Source of the DNA: a virus
Lineage: Duplodnaviria > Caudoviricetes
DNA length: 64,000 nucleotides
IMG/VR virus record: IMGVR_UViG_3300005937_000010
Span: 1 to 64,000 of that record
Strand: one strand, 5' to 3'
The notes under the pieces were generated by a model that worked only from the letters and a program-made list of their open reading frames with translations, did no database searches and was not told the origin of the DNA. Of the stretch, positions 1-9,134 are shown piece by piece. Made by a program: the position numbers and the translations under genes. Numbering within the stretch: position 1 is the stretch's first letter; each line of letters starts with the position of its first letter.

Positions 1-530
1 CCTGCCAAGACCTGCGGATCGCCCGCTTCGGTGCCAAGCATGGCTCCCAGGCGGGCTACCTCGTCCACGAAACCCGTCATCGCCGCCATGCGCTGACCCT
101 GCGGGACGTTGGAGAACGTGGAGAAGAACCTTGTCATGTATTGCTGAATGTCATTGACGGCGATGCCGACCTTGTTCGACTCCAGAATCGCCTGATCGCC
201 TACATCTGACAAGAAGCCCTGTCCTGGCCCGGTATACCGGCCGGTCTGCTCATTCAGTTCGCCTGCCAAGGATGCAACACGGCCAAGCTGGGTCTGAAAC
301 TCAGCCAGGCGTCCGATGGCCGCAGTCACGCCAAAGACGAACTGGCCTGCCAAGGCATAGCGGGCGGTCGTCCCAATGGCCATGAGTTGCCGTTGGAACA
401 GCCCCATCTCTTTGTTGGTCTGACGGATCTGCCCCTGCGTCCTGCCAAGACCAGCATTGATACGGTTGAGCGCGGCTTCCAGACCACGACTCGATCCGGT
501 GATTTCGACGTTCAGGCGGCGTGTGCTCAC
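1..530 (-). CDS. Tape measure protein, N-terminal part (runs off window)
   Basis: Open frame from GTG 530, overlapping the upstream TGA: MSTRRLNVEITGSSRGLEAALNRINAGLGRTQGQIRQTNKEMGLFQRQLMAIGTTARYALAGQ. It is helical and Ala/Gly/Gln-rich and follows the tail chaperones. Confidence 0.65.
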   Translation of the reverse strand, partial: MSTRRLNVEITGSSRGLEAALNRINAGLGRTQGQIRQTNKEMGLFQRQLMAIGTTARYALAGQFVFGVTAAIGRLAEFQTQLGRVASLAGELNEQTGRYTGPGQGFLSDVGDQAILESNKVGIAVNDIQQYMTRFFSTFSNVPQGQRMAAMTGFVDEVARLGAMLGTEAGDPQVLA

Positions 531-901
531 TTACGGCTCCCTGCTACGTGCTGTGGCTGGCCAGTGTGCTTGGTGAAGAACTCCTCAAAGAAGATGACGC
601 GAGCTTCCTTCTCCTCCTCGCTCATCGACAGTTGGTGCTCAAAGTATTCTCGTGGTCGCTCGATCATCCCCTCCAGCTTTTCTTGGTACTCTGCCAAGAC
701 ATTGACCGGCTCATGGCAGACTTCACAACGAGTCTCCTCTAGCTTGGGGAGGCATCGGATATGGACTCGTCGTTTCCGTTCGTCGATGTCAACGAGTCTG
801 TTGAGCCAGATCCAGACAAGCTGACCGCTAGTAGCTCTGGAGCGAAAATCGAAAGGTAGAGTTTGGTTATCGCCCATCGTCTGCCAGATAGCGCGTTCCA
901 T
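527..901 (-). CDS. Tail assembly chaperone C-terminal extension (gpT-like), probably reached by -1 frameshift
   Basis: Overlaps 739-1335 in the -1 frame, is open from the A7 run at 919-925, and lies just before the tape measure gene. Confidence 0.55.
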   Translation of the reverse strand: MERAIWQTMGDNQTLPFDFRSRATSGQLVWIWLNRLVDIDERKRRVHIRCLPKLEETRCEVCHEPVNVLAEYQEKLEGMIERPREYFEHQLSMSEEEKEARVIFFEEFFTKHTGQPQHVAGSRK

Positions 902-1335
902 TCGATTCGCTCCGAGGCTTTTTTTAGGTCGTCCAACATCTTGTCAGTCAGGCCATCGGCTGTCGGACTCGCGTAGTCCATCAAGAGTGTCAGATGGTCT
1001 GCCAAGTGGTCGATTTCCTCCGGCCCCAGTTCGTCCACCAACGCCTCGATGGAAGGAAAGACCTTCCTTGTCAAGTCATCCGGGTCACGCAGCGAGTGCC
1101 ACACGTCCGAATGCACGACAGCGCGATTGCTCGCCTGGAGTCCGGCCGCGTTGTCGGGAAAGCCGAGGCTGGCCGCGTAGATGACGCCAGCCTGCGTGTC
1201 CCGCTCTGCCAAGGGCACCATCGCCACCCGAATCTCCGGGTGCGCCAGGAGAGCCGGGAACTCCGGTGCCTCCTGGCCAAGCCGCATGCGTGTCATGCGG
1301 TTGGCTTCCTTGATCTGCTCAAAGATGCTTGTCAC
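739..1335 (-). CDS. Tail assembly chaperone (gpG-like)
   Basis: 198 aa, between tube and tape measure, contains the slippery site, Ser/Thr-rich C-terminus. Confidence 0.6.
   Translation of the reverse strand: MTSIFEQIKEANRMTRMRLGQEAPEFPALLAHPEIRVAMVPLAERDTQAGVIYAASLGFPDNAAGLQASNRAVVHSDVWHSLRDPDDLTRKVFPSIEALVDELGPEEIDHLADHLTLLMDYASPTADGLTDKMLDDLKKASERIEWNALSGRRWAITKLYLSIFAPELLAVSLSGSGSTDSLTSTNGNDESISDASPS
919..925 (-). other. Candidate -1 ribosomal slippery site A-AAA-AAA
   Basis: Minus strand reads GAC CTA AAA AAA GCC. A -1 slip gives AGC CTC GGA GCG AAT CGA ATG GAA, in frame with 527-901. An A7 run is rare in this GC-rich genome. Confidence 0.55.
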
Positions 1336-1652
1336 TGTCCCGCCCTTTCAAACTCGTCCCGCGTCTTGAATACCTGCCAACCTTCCGGCACTCCGTAGAA
1401 GACCTTGTGGCAACTCCCGCATGTGGCTGCCAAGACGAAATCAGCCATTGGGCCGGAGCCACGAGAAGCTGACACGTCAGGGTTCAGCATCCCACAGTGA
1501 GGGCAGAACGGAGGCCCGCCCTCGTAGTTGGCCTGGCGTTCCTCATCGGCCATCTCCACGATGCGCTCGTTGGAGGCAGCCAGCCGCTCGTTGCTTTCGG
1601 CCAGTGCCTCCAACGCGCTCATCATTCTCGCTCTTATCTCTGCCTCGCTCAC
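1332..1652 (-). CDS. Hypothetical protein with Zn-ribbon (CPHC...CGSC)
   Basis: Two CxxC pairs; GTGA-type overlap with the downstream gene. Confidence 0.6.
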   Translation of the reverse strand: MSEAEIRARMMSALEALAESNERLAASNERIVEMADEERQANYEGGPPFCPHCGMLNPDVSASRGSGPMADFVLAATCGSCHKVFYGVPEGWQVFKTRDEFERAGQ

Positions 1653-1658
1653 AGCTTG

Positions 1659-2069
1659 TCAGTTCCGCCTGGGCGGGTCGTACCCCGGCACCGAAAAGTC
1701 CGCGTTGAGCGTGACCTGATCCAGTGTCGAGTTGACACGCACATTGTTCCACGCACAGTTCTCGTAGTAGTGCCAACCGTTCGCTCCACGACGGCACGAG
1801 ATGTTGAAGCTCTTGAGTCCGAGCATCCACTCCTCGTCCTCCATTCCCGCGTCCTGCCCCGGCCGAAGCAGCACTGCGCTGAACGAGACGGTGCCTTCGT
1901 CAGCCTTGCGTACGGCGCGGCAGATCGGGCCGTCGTGCCCGAAGCCGCCCATGTAGCGGACTTCCTGGCGGTGCTCCTCGTCCATGGTCTGCGTGGCCGC
2001 GTAGTGGTTGCCCGCGATCACGATGCCAAGGTCAGGTGCGTTCATTGCCTCCAACCAGCCGTTTGCCAT
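1659..2069 (-). CDS. Tail tube protein
   Basis: 136 aa, beta-rich, directly after the sheath gene, with an AGGAGG RBS. Confidence 0.55.
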   Translation of the reverse strand: MANGWLEAMNAPDLGIVIAGNHYAATQTMDEEHRQEVRYMGGFGHDGPICRAVRKADEGTVSFSAVLLRPGQDAGMEDEEWMLGLKSFNISCRRGANGWHYYENCAWNNVRVNSTLDQVTLNADFSVPGYDPPRRN

Positions 2070-2082
2070 TGTTCCTCCTTTC

Positions 2083-3201
2083 CTACGCTGCGATGGTCAG
2101 CGTGCCGCGCAAGTCGATGACTTGGTTGTTGCGGACGATCTGGCCGTAGTAGTCGATAATCATGCGCCGCTGATCGGGAGAGGCCGTGACCGTGACGCCG
2201 TAGCCAAGCTGCCCGTTCGGCATCGTGCGCGGCTCCAGCCAGTCGTTGTGGCCCTTGAGCCACGTCTCCACGAGCTTGCCTGCCAAGGCACGGTTCGTCT
2301 CTGTGTTCCCCCGGCGCAGGAACTTCTCTGTCTCCAGCGCGGAGCGCAGGCCGAGGAAGATCGAGTCGCGGATCAGAAGCGTCTGGAGCGCGTCGTACGT
2401 GGTGTCCGTCGAGAACGTCATGCGCAGATGGGTGATTTCCGCCTGCCCGCCCCGACCCTGCCGCAACGTGGACGCTCCGGCTGCCAAGGCTGTGGCATGA
2501 TCGTTCGTCGGAGTGCCCGCTCCCGACTTGAGCCGAAGCACCGGCATCGAGGATGCGTCCCTCTCGATTCCAAGTGTGCCTGCCAAGGGCAGCGTGTCGA
2601 GGTCGTCGGTGATGTCCGGGTTGCGCGCTACCTCGCACGCCACCCGCGCCGCCGTCCACTTACCGCCGCGCAGCACTCCGTTCGTGTCGTAGTGGCCAGG
2701 GCCGATCAGCACGAAGCGCTTGGACATGATGGCCGTCGCCGCCGCTGTGAGGTTGGCAAGCGTCGTCGGCGTTGCCAAGCCGCCGAAGCCGAACTGCTTG
2801 TTCTGGATTCCCTCGGCGTACTCGCAGGAATCCGCGAGTGCTACCAAGTCGGCCTGTAGCTCCGAATCGGTGAGCCGGACACGGATGTCCGGGTTCTCCT
2901 CCAGGAGCGCCCATGCCGTCTGACGCGCCGGAAGCGTCGGTACCGACCCCTTGGCAGAGGCGACGGCCCACACGCCGTTGATGCCCTGACTCAGAACGTA
3001 CTTGACAAGTCCCGACAGGCTTGAAGCAGGGCCAAAAAGCGTGTCGGCGGCAGTTGAGTCTGTGATGTAGACAGGAATCGCCACAGCCTGCGAACCGGCG
3101 ACATCACCTTGTCCCTCGATCCCGATGACAAGGTACTGATCGAGTTGGAAGACGCCGGTAAGAGTGCTGGTGTCTCGGATTTCCGGGTAAATCTGTGTCA
3201 T
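2083..3201 (-). CDS. Tail sheath protein (compact, 372 aa)
   Basis: Sheath-like C-terminal pattern (LLIRDSIFLGLR...IIDYYGQIVRNNQVIDLRGTLTI), position after the neck genes, GAGGAGG RBS. Confidence 0.7.
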   Translation of the reverse strand: MTQIYPEIRDTSTLTGVFQLDQYLVIGIEGQGDVAGSQAVAIPVYITDSTAADTLFGPASSLSGLVKYVLSQGINGVWAVASAKGSVPTLPARQTAWALLEENPDIRVRLTDSELQADLVALADSCEYAEGIQNKQFGFGGLATPTTLANLTAAATAIMSKRFVLIGPGHYDTNGVLRGGKWTAARVACEVARNPDITDDLDTLPLAGTLGIERDASSMPVLRLKSGAGTPTNDHATALAAGASTLRQGRGGQAEITHLRMTFSTDTTYDALQTLLIRDSIFLGLRSALETEKFLRRGNTETNRALAGKLVETWLKGHNDWLEPRTMPNGQLGYGVTVTASPDQRRMIIDYYGQIVRNNQVIDLRGTLTIAA

Positions 3202-3218
3202 GCCAAGCTACCTCCTCC

Positions 3219-3815
3219 TCACACTTCGGTGTGGTCAACAAGATCGAATCCCTCCGGTACGACCCACGGCTCATCCGGCACAGTCTTACTGAACGCCTCA
3301 AGTACCAAGGTCATGTTCACCGTCCTCCACACGGGCATGTCGCTGATCCGGTCAGTCCAATCACGCCCACCGTCAAAGCCGACGAGCGTGACACCGCCAA
3401 GCTGTTCGTTGAAGTCCAGGCGCGCACCGTTCGATCCGAATATGTCGTGAAGCGCCTGGACAACCTTCATGCGCATCGTCTCGCCACCGGCATCCAACGT
3501 GGCCCAAACACCCACGTCGAAGTTGACAATGCGCCTGTGTGCCTCCTGAACTTGGAACGTGCCTGACAAGTGGCTTGGATCGCTCCATTCGTCCACTCCT
3601 TGTACGCCGAAGGCCCACGCCGGGGAGCTTACATCATCCCGCTCAAAATGGACAAGCACCTTGTCCAGCGGATGCGGCTGGATGATCTGCGCCGGATCGG
3701 GGAACGACATCTGCACCTGGATGACTCCGTTGTTGAGCTTCGACTTGGCATAGTCCTCCAAGCCGCGTGTCAAGCTGACAAGCCAGTCCTCCGGGTCATA
3801 CTGGTAGATCGTCAC
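3219..3815 (-). CDS. Putative tail terminator/completion protein
   Basis: 198 aa just upstream of the sheath gene; coupled GTG start. Confidence 0.5.
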   Translation of the reverse strand: MTIYQYDPEDWLVSLTRGLEDYAKSKLNNGVIQVQMSFPDPAQIIQPHPLDKVLVHFERDDVSSPAWAFGVQGVDEWSDPSHLSGTFQVQEAHRRIVNFDVGVWATLDAGGETMRMKVVQALHDIFGSNGARLDFNEQLGGVTLVGFDGGRDWTDRISDMPVWRTVNMTLVLEAFSKTVPDEPWVVPEGFDLVDHTEV

Positions 3816-4441
3816 CCTGGCAACCTCCCTTGCGGGCCAGCGATGTTCGGGTTGGCAGCCCCGCGATGCTCGTAGCCAATCGGTGGGTTGTGCAGAAGGA
3901 ACGGGCGCACACGGCGCTCAAACGACTGGAACCGACCAGCCGAACTGCGCCGGGGTGCCAAGACCGAATCCACGAACGACTCTGCCGTGCGCGTCGTCTG
4001 GATGAACTTGAGCATGGCCATGAACGACATCTTGAGGATCGGCCTGCGCGTGCGCATGTAGAGGCCGCTCTCGATCAGCCACGCCTCGTACACGTCGTTG
4101 TAGAGCATCCAGTGAGCGTTGCGCACGCGCCGGATCGTCCACCCTTGGTAGTACCGGCCGGTGATCCTCTGCACAGGGATCTTGAAGGCGAAGGCCGGGA
4201 CGCTGCGGTAGCGCGGAGCCACCGGCCCTTGAGAACGTTTGCGAGCTTCCATCTGCACGATGTTGATGAGCACCCGGATAAGCGTGTCCAGGCCATAGTG
4301 CAGCTTGTCAATCGACGCCTTGTTGTCGAGGATGTAGTCCTCGATCTGGCGGATGCTCTCCAGCGTGATCTTGAAGTCCGTGGGCGGCGCATCGAAGCGG
4401 CCACCGCCGGGGCGCGTGGGAGAAAAGCCGGTGCTAGGCAT
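3812..4441 (-). CDS. Putative neck protein (HK97 gp10-like position)
   Basis: Basic protein with a HWMLYNDVYEAWLIESG motif resembling the gp10-like YAxxVExG; start placed at ATG 4441. Confidence 0.45.
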   Translation of the reverse strand: MPSTGFSPTRPGGGRFDAPPTDFKITLESIRQIEDYILDNKASIDKLHYGLDTLIRVLINIVQMEARKRSQGPVAPRYRSVPAFAFKIPVQRITGRYYQGWTIRRVRNAHWMLYNDVYEAWLIESGLYMRTRRPILKMSFMAMLKFIQTTRTAESFVDSVLAPRRSSAGRFQSFERRVRPFLLHNPPIGYEHRGAANPNIAGPQGRLPG

Positions 4442-4937
4442 TGACCCTATCCGTCCTGACAAGTCTCATGCCAAGCTCCCAGTGGTGATCGGGGTCGCCG
4501 TCGAGGTCGGGCAGCTTGTCAGCCGCAATGACCACGAAGCGCCTCCCGTCGTAGAGCACGTAGCTGTCGCCCGTGTCCGAGAAGTCCTCAAACTGGAGCG
4601 TGTGCCCCTGCCAAGTTACCGGGAAGATCCCGATGTGATCGTCGGCCTGAATCTCGCCGGGGAACAGGCCCGCATAGCGCTCGCTGGAGCGGCTGCGCCG
4701 GACGCCGCCAGCCGACACCGGCTGCATCGCGCCCTTGACTCCGAACTGCTCCACAGCCGGGATCATCCCGACCTCGTTGCAGACTTCCGCTGCCGGGTTG
4801 TCGATGTGCCACTCCGGGTCGCGGTTGCCCTCGCGCGTCCGGCAGGGGCATGGCGTGCCAGGCATCTCACGGTGGTAGATGCAGTCGCTCCCGTGGGCCT
4901 CCAGCATCGCTGTGAACTTGGCAACCGTGACGGCCAT
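4434..4937 (-). CDS. Putative head-closure protein
   Basis: CPC motif and C-terminal HHWELGMRLV; TAATG coupling at 4937; position in the neck cluster. Confidence 0.5.
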   Translation of the reverse strand: MAVTVAKFTAMLEAHGSDCIYHREMPGTPCPCRTREGNRDPEWHIDNPAAEVCNEVGMIPAVEQFGVKGAMQPVSAGGVRRSRSSERYAGLFPGEIQADDHIGIFPVTWQGHTLQFEDFSDTGDSYVLYDGRRFVVIAADKLPDLDGDPDHHWELGMRLVRTDRVNA

Positions 4938-5662
4938 TACTCCAGCCCCACCCATCCGATCATGCGGCTGTGGTCGAAGCTTGTCAGTCCAACGTCGGAC
5001 TTCGGCTCCGCAAGCTGGAGGATGACCGACATCGGAACACCAAGCTGCTGGTAGGCCAGTTCCAGGAGCTTGCCAAGCGCATCCTCGCCCGAAATCATCT
5101 GGCTCATGCTACTGCTCGCAGCCGTGCCGGACTTGGCAGAGACGAGGCCGATGGTGAACGAGTCCACGTCACCGCCGCCGGTCACGGTTGTCGAAACCGA
5201 TGTTACCATCCTGACAAGCTGCGAGCGGTAGAGAGTCATCAACACGAGGCCGTTGAGCACTGCGTACGAGCACTCCAGGAGCGGGTTGTACGGATCGTCG
5301 TGGAAGTAGGTTTCCACCACGCCCTCTGCCTCCTGCGTGACGATGCTCTCGTTGAGCGAAGGATCCCTCTGCATCACGCGCTCGATCACCTGGCCAATGA
5401 CCATCGGCCCCTGGCCACCCTGAACAGCTTGGGACTGTGGGCCGATGATTGCACCTTGGTACTCCCACGCGATCTTGAACCAGTTGGTGGGAGAGACTGC
5501 ATTGGCAGTCGTGTAGTACGAGATGTACGTCGGGTAGACGCCAATGTTCGTCGTGCGCTCGATTTCGTTGTACGGGCCGGTGCTGGCAGCGGCCTCGTAG
5601 ATACGGAGCGCAACCACGTCTTCCTGCGGCGGTGGTGACAAGTCAATACGGACTGCTGCCAT
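4937..5662 (-). CDS. Putative head-tail adaptor with N-terminal beta-domain
   Basis: 241 aa with a helical C-terminal half typical of adaptors; TAATG coupling. Confidence 0.45.
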   Translation of the reverse strand: MAAVRIDLSPPPQEDVVALRIYEAAASTGPYNEIERTTNIGVYPTYISYYTTANAVSPTNWFKIAWEYQGAIIGPQSQAVQGGQGPMVIGQVIERVMQRDPSLNESIVTQEAEGVVETYFHDDPYNPLLECSYAVLNGLVLMTLYRSQLVRMVTSVSTTVTGGGDVDSFTIGLVSAKSGTAASSSMSQMISGEDALGKLLELAYQQLGVPMSVILQLAEPKSDVGLTSFDHSRMIGWVGLE

Positions 5663-8280
5663 TAGCTCACCCCTGTGATGTGAGGCTCATCGAGAGCAAA
5701 CTCCGGAACTGGTACCTCGCCGTTCGACGGCGAGACTGCCAAGATGTACGGAACGAACATGGTGACGCTAACAGATATGCCACCGTTCATGGGCGAGACG
5801 CTGAGCAGGATCGCCGGTTCTTGCCTGGTATCGACCAGCCCCGGCAGCGTGTAGCCCGCTCCGGCCGAGACGAGGACGAAGCCGCGTACCGTGGTCATCG
5901 TCGGTCGGAAGCCGATGGCAAGTCCAACGACACCGGGGGCAATCTGGACTCCGAAGACGACGGTGGAGGACTGCTTCTTGCCAAGTACGATGGGAGCGAT
6001 GCCCGACCCGAAGAACGAGACTCCACGCACCGTGGTCGCCGGAAGCCGTCTCCCGATGGGAACCTGAACCACTCCAGGAGCCACTGAGAGGCCGCGTACG
6101 GCCGTCGCAGCCGTTTTCCGACCAATGACCAGGGTGGCGGTGCCAGCGCCGCTTAGAACGGCTCCTCGCACCGTCGTGGCTGCCAGGCGCGTGCCGATGG
6201 CGAACTGCTGCGGCGCGATCAGCGTAAGCTGGATGCCACGGACGGTCGTGGCGGCAGACAGCTTGCCAAGCGAAATCGCAGACGGAATGATGGTGATGCC
6301 ACGAACCACCGTCGCGGAAGCTCTGCGCCCAATCGTAATCGGTGCCAAGCCAGGAAGGAGGGTGACACCGCGAATCACGGTTGCCGTCAGCTTCTTGCCA
6401 ACAGCAACCGTGACCGCTCCGGCCGCGACGAGCGTAGCTCCACGCACGGTGGTGGCATTGGTCTTCTTGCCAAGAATGACAGGGGCGGCTCCCGTCGGGA
6501 CGAGGGTGACGCCACGGGGGGTAGTGACGTTACTCGACTTCCCAATCGGGATGTTCACTCCTGACGGTGCAAGTACCAAGCCGCGTACGGTCGTCGCGGC
6601 GGTCTTCTTCCCGATGGTGAGGGTGACTGTGCCGACCCCTGTCAGCGTCGTCCCACGTACCACCGTGGCAGCAATGCGTCCTAGAACAATCGGTGCTGCG
6701 CCAACCGAGTAGACCTGAGCGCCGTAGACAGTCGTCGCAGCCGCGCGCTTGCCAATCGCCAGCGTCAGCGTACCCGCGCCTGCGAGCGTAGCTCCGCGCA
6801 CCGTCGTGGCATTGGTCTTCTTGCCGATGACAAGGGTGGCAGTTCCGGCTCCGGTGAGCGTGGCACCCCTGACGGTCGTCGCCGTAGTCTTGGCACCGAT
6901 GGCGAGTGTGACCGTCCCGGTACCCGTGACCGTTGCACCGCGCACTGTCGTGGCGTTGAGCTTCTTTCCGATGACAAGATTGGTTGTGCCCGCCCCGGTG
7001 AGCGTGGCCCCACGCACCGTGGTCGCGTTGAGCTTCTTTCCGATGGGCAGGCTTACAACGCCAGGGGCAAGCGTTGCTCCCCGGACGGTCGTGACCGTCG
7101 TCTTACGCCCGATGGGAAGCTGAACGGTTCCTGTAGCCGCAGGGGTGACGCCACGCACCACCGTGACACTGGCCTTCGTGCCAAGCGTGATCCCGAAACC
7201 GGCAGAGAGAAGGACAACGCCGAAAGCGCCGGTTCCACCATACGGCTCCTCTCCGTAGCCGTTCGCACCGTACGAGCTATAGCTTGGTATGTAACCAATC
7301 GTCAGTACCGCCGGAGGCGGCACGATCTGGACGCCGTACACCGTCGTGGCGACTGTCCTCTTGCCAAGCTGAACAGGAGCCGCGCCTGCGGGAACGACAG
7401 TCGCTCCGCGCACGGTAGTGGCAGCCGCGCGCCGTCCGATGGCGACAGGCACGTCGCCTGCGCCGGTCAGTGTCATGCCACGGACGACGGTGACGGACGC
7501 TACCCGGCCGATGAACGGCTTGATGTCGGTCGGGAGCGTAGCTCCTCGCACGACGGTAACTGACAAGACATCGCCAATCGCAACCGGCACAGTCCCGGAT
7601 GCAGAGACGGTGACGCCACGCACAACCGTCGTAGAGAGAACATCGCCAACCGGCACATTAGAAGGAAGAACAAGATCAGGAGTGACAAGGCGCGATCCGG
7701 CAGGGCCGGTCGAGCCGGTGCGAATCTGAACGTCCGCCGAGTTGCTGCCACCCGCAGTCGTGATTTCCCATGCCAAGACGAAGAACAGATACTCGTTGGC
7801 CAAGTTGATCGTCGCGCCAGGATTCCAGGTAACAGCGCTTGTCACATCGGCCGACGTAGAGAGCGTGCCTGACGTGCCACCAACCACCGTCGCGCCGGTC
7901 AGTTCGGTCGCGCCAGAGCCGTCCGCGTTCGCGCTCTTGAACACCCGCATTCGCATCCGGCCCGACTGTGCCGATACCAAGGTTGCGCGCACAGCGAAAG
8001 TAAACGTCCAAGACGTGTTGGCGAACGTGCCTGACAAGGGAGCAGGAGTCTTGAAGGCATTGGCCGTCGCGCCGGTCAGGAAGCTCGCAGGCTTGGCAGC
8101 GGTCGTGAACGCGCCTGACGCCTGCTTCGTACCAGCATCGAACTCTGCCATGTTCGTGGAAGCGATCTTGGCAACTGTCCAGCCGTCAGCCCTGGTTGCC
8201 GCCGTCTGCGCCGCGCCGTCCACGAGCGCGCCGAAGTTACCGTCTGCGCCCGATGCGACGTAGTATGTCTTGGTAGCCAC
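5662..8280 (-). CDS. Large virion fibre-like protein with about 24 tandem 22-24 aa repeats (IGKKxxATTVRGATLxxxG)
   Basis: 872 aa, Thr/Val/Gly/Ala-rich; the repeats are directly visible in the translation. Confidence 0.7.
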   Translation of the reverse strand: MATKTYYVASGADGNFGALVDGAAQTAATRADGWTVAKIASTNMAEFDAGTKQASGAFTTAAKPASFLTGATANAFKTPAPLSGTFANTSWTFTFAVRATLVSAQSGRMRMRVFKSANADGSGATELTGATVVGGTSGTLSTSADVTSAVTWNPGATINLANEYLFFVLAWEITTAGGSNSADVQIRTGSTGPAGSRLVTPDLVLPSNVPVGDVLSTTVVRGVTVSASGTVPVAIGDVLSVTVVRGATLPTDIKPFIGRVASVTVVRGMTLTGAGDVPVAIGRRAAATTVRGATVVPAGAAPVQLGKRTVATTVYGVQIVPPPAVLTIGYIPSYSSYGANGYGEEPYGGTGAFGVVLLSAGFGITLGTKASVTVVRGVTPAATGTVQLPIGRKTTVTTVRGATLAPGVVSLPIGKKLNATTVRGATLTGAGTTNLVIGKKLNATTVRGATVTGTGTVTLAIGAKTTATTVRGATLTGAGTATLVIGKKTNATTVRGATLAGAGTLTLAIGKRAAATTVYGAQVYSVGAAPIVLGRIAATVVRGTTLTGVGTVTLTIGKKTAATTVRGLVLAPSGVNIPIGKSSNVTTPRGVTLVPTGAAPVILGKKTNATTVRGATLVAAGAVTVAVGKKLTATVIRGVTLLPGLAPITIGRRASATVVRGITIIPSAISLGKLSAATTVRGIQLTLIAPQQFAIGTRLAATTVRGAVLSGAGTATLVIGRKTAATAVRGLSVAPGVVQVPIGRRLPATTVRGVSFFGSGIAPIVLGKKQSSTVVFGVQIAPGVVGLAIGFRPTMTTVRGFVLVSAGAGYTLPGLVDTRQEPAILLSVSPMNGGISVSVTMFVPYILAVSPSNGEVPVPEFALDEPHITGVS

Positions 8281-8570
8281 TAGGCCACCTTCTCAAACTT
8301 GTACGTGCAGCTTGGCTTGTCCACGATGTGGCCGGGATGCGTCGGCCACACGTTGCATCCGTTGAGGTAGTACGGGTGCTGCCGGTCGGTGCAGAGGTAT
8401 TCGCCGTCGTGGAAGCCGAGGAGCGGACAAGGGACGTTCGGCTCTCCGGTGAACGGGTTGCCCGTCATGCAACACTCACCGCAGCGGCAGCATTCCCCCG
8501 TGCGGATATACGCCTCGTCGCCGTGGGTGTAGAGTACAGCGGTCACGTCTTGGCACTCAGGGCGCTCCAT
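8280..8570 (-). CDS. CxxCxxCC-type (YkgJ-like) putative Fe-S/Zn cluster protein
   Basis: GECCRCGECC...CPLL...C...C..WP.....PSC pattern. Confidence 0.6.
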   Translation of the reverse strand: MERPECQDVTAVLYTHGDEAYIRTGECCRCGECCMTGNPFTGEPNVPCPLLGFHDGEYLCTDRQHPYYLNGCNVWPTHPGHIVDKPSCTYKFEKVA

Positions 8571-8823
8571 GTGGCACTATCCAGATCGTGACTTGACGCC
8601 TCGCGTTCGGCGGCGGCGTGTGGATGACTTCCCACCGGATGTCGAACGGCGGCACCGGATCGGTGATGTCGATGGTGACGGTGCCTTGCATGAGCATCAT
8701 CCGCGAGAAGTAGTCGCGGATTTCGGAGTCCAGCGCCGTGCCGGGTGACAAGTCAGAGAACAGTTGCTCGACTTCACGCTCCGGCGTCCAGACACGACGC
8801 AGGGCTTCGATGGGATTCTTCAC
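8557..8823 (-). CDS. Hypothetical protein
   Basis: 88 aa, overlapping start and stop with its neighbours. Confidence 0.55.
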   Translation of the reverse strand: MKNPIEALRRVWTPEREVEQLFSDLSPGTALDSEIRDYFSRMMLMQGTVTIDITDPVPPFDIRWEVIHTPPPNARRQVTIWIVPHGAP

Positions 8824-9134
8824 TTCACTTCCTCGTATAGCCGCTCGTACTCCGTGGGTGCCAAGCCGAACTGCACATCGCCGGTATCGACGTAGTAGTA
8901 GCCAGGAGCGATGATCGCGCCGTTGTCGAGTGTGAGGTAGTCCTCGGTGGCGTTCTGGAACAACTCGAAAACCGGGGCTTCATTGTTGGCCATGAACTCG
9001 TCGTGGTCGGCCTTGACCTTGGCAATGTACGCCTCGTGATCGGCCTGCATCTGTGCCTTGATCTTCTCCTGCTGCTTGGCAGTCTCCTTGTGCCGGATCT
9101 TCCCCTTCGGCATTCTCGGTGTCGGTGGCATCAC
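8820..9134 (-). CDS. Hypothetical protein (possible fibre chaperone)
   Basis: 104 aa, ATGA coupling, follows the collar-domain genes. Confidence 0.6.
   Translation of the reverse strand: MMPPTPRMPKGKIRHKETAKQQEKIKAQMQADHEAYIAKVKADHDEFMANNEAPVFELFQNATEDYLTLDNGAIIAPGYYYVDTGDVQFGLAPTEYERLYEEVK

Noticed and set aside
5900-7650. Periodic DNA repeats as a CRISPR array or DGR template
   Set aside because: The repeats are degenerate at third codon positions and conserved at the protein level. There are no unique spacers and no reverse transcriptase.
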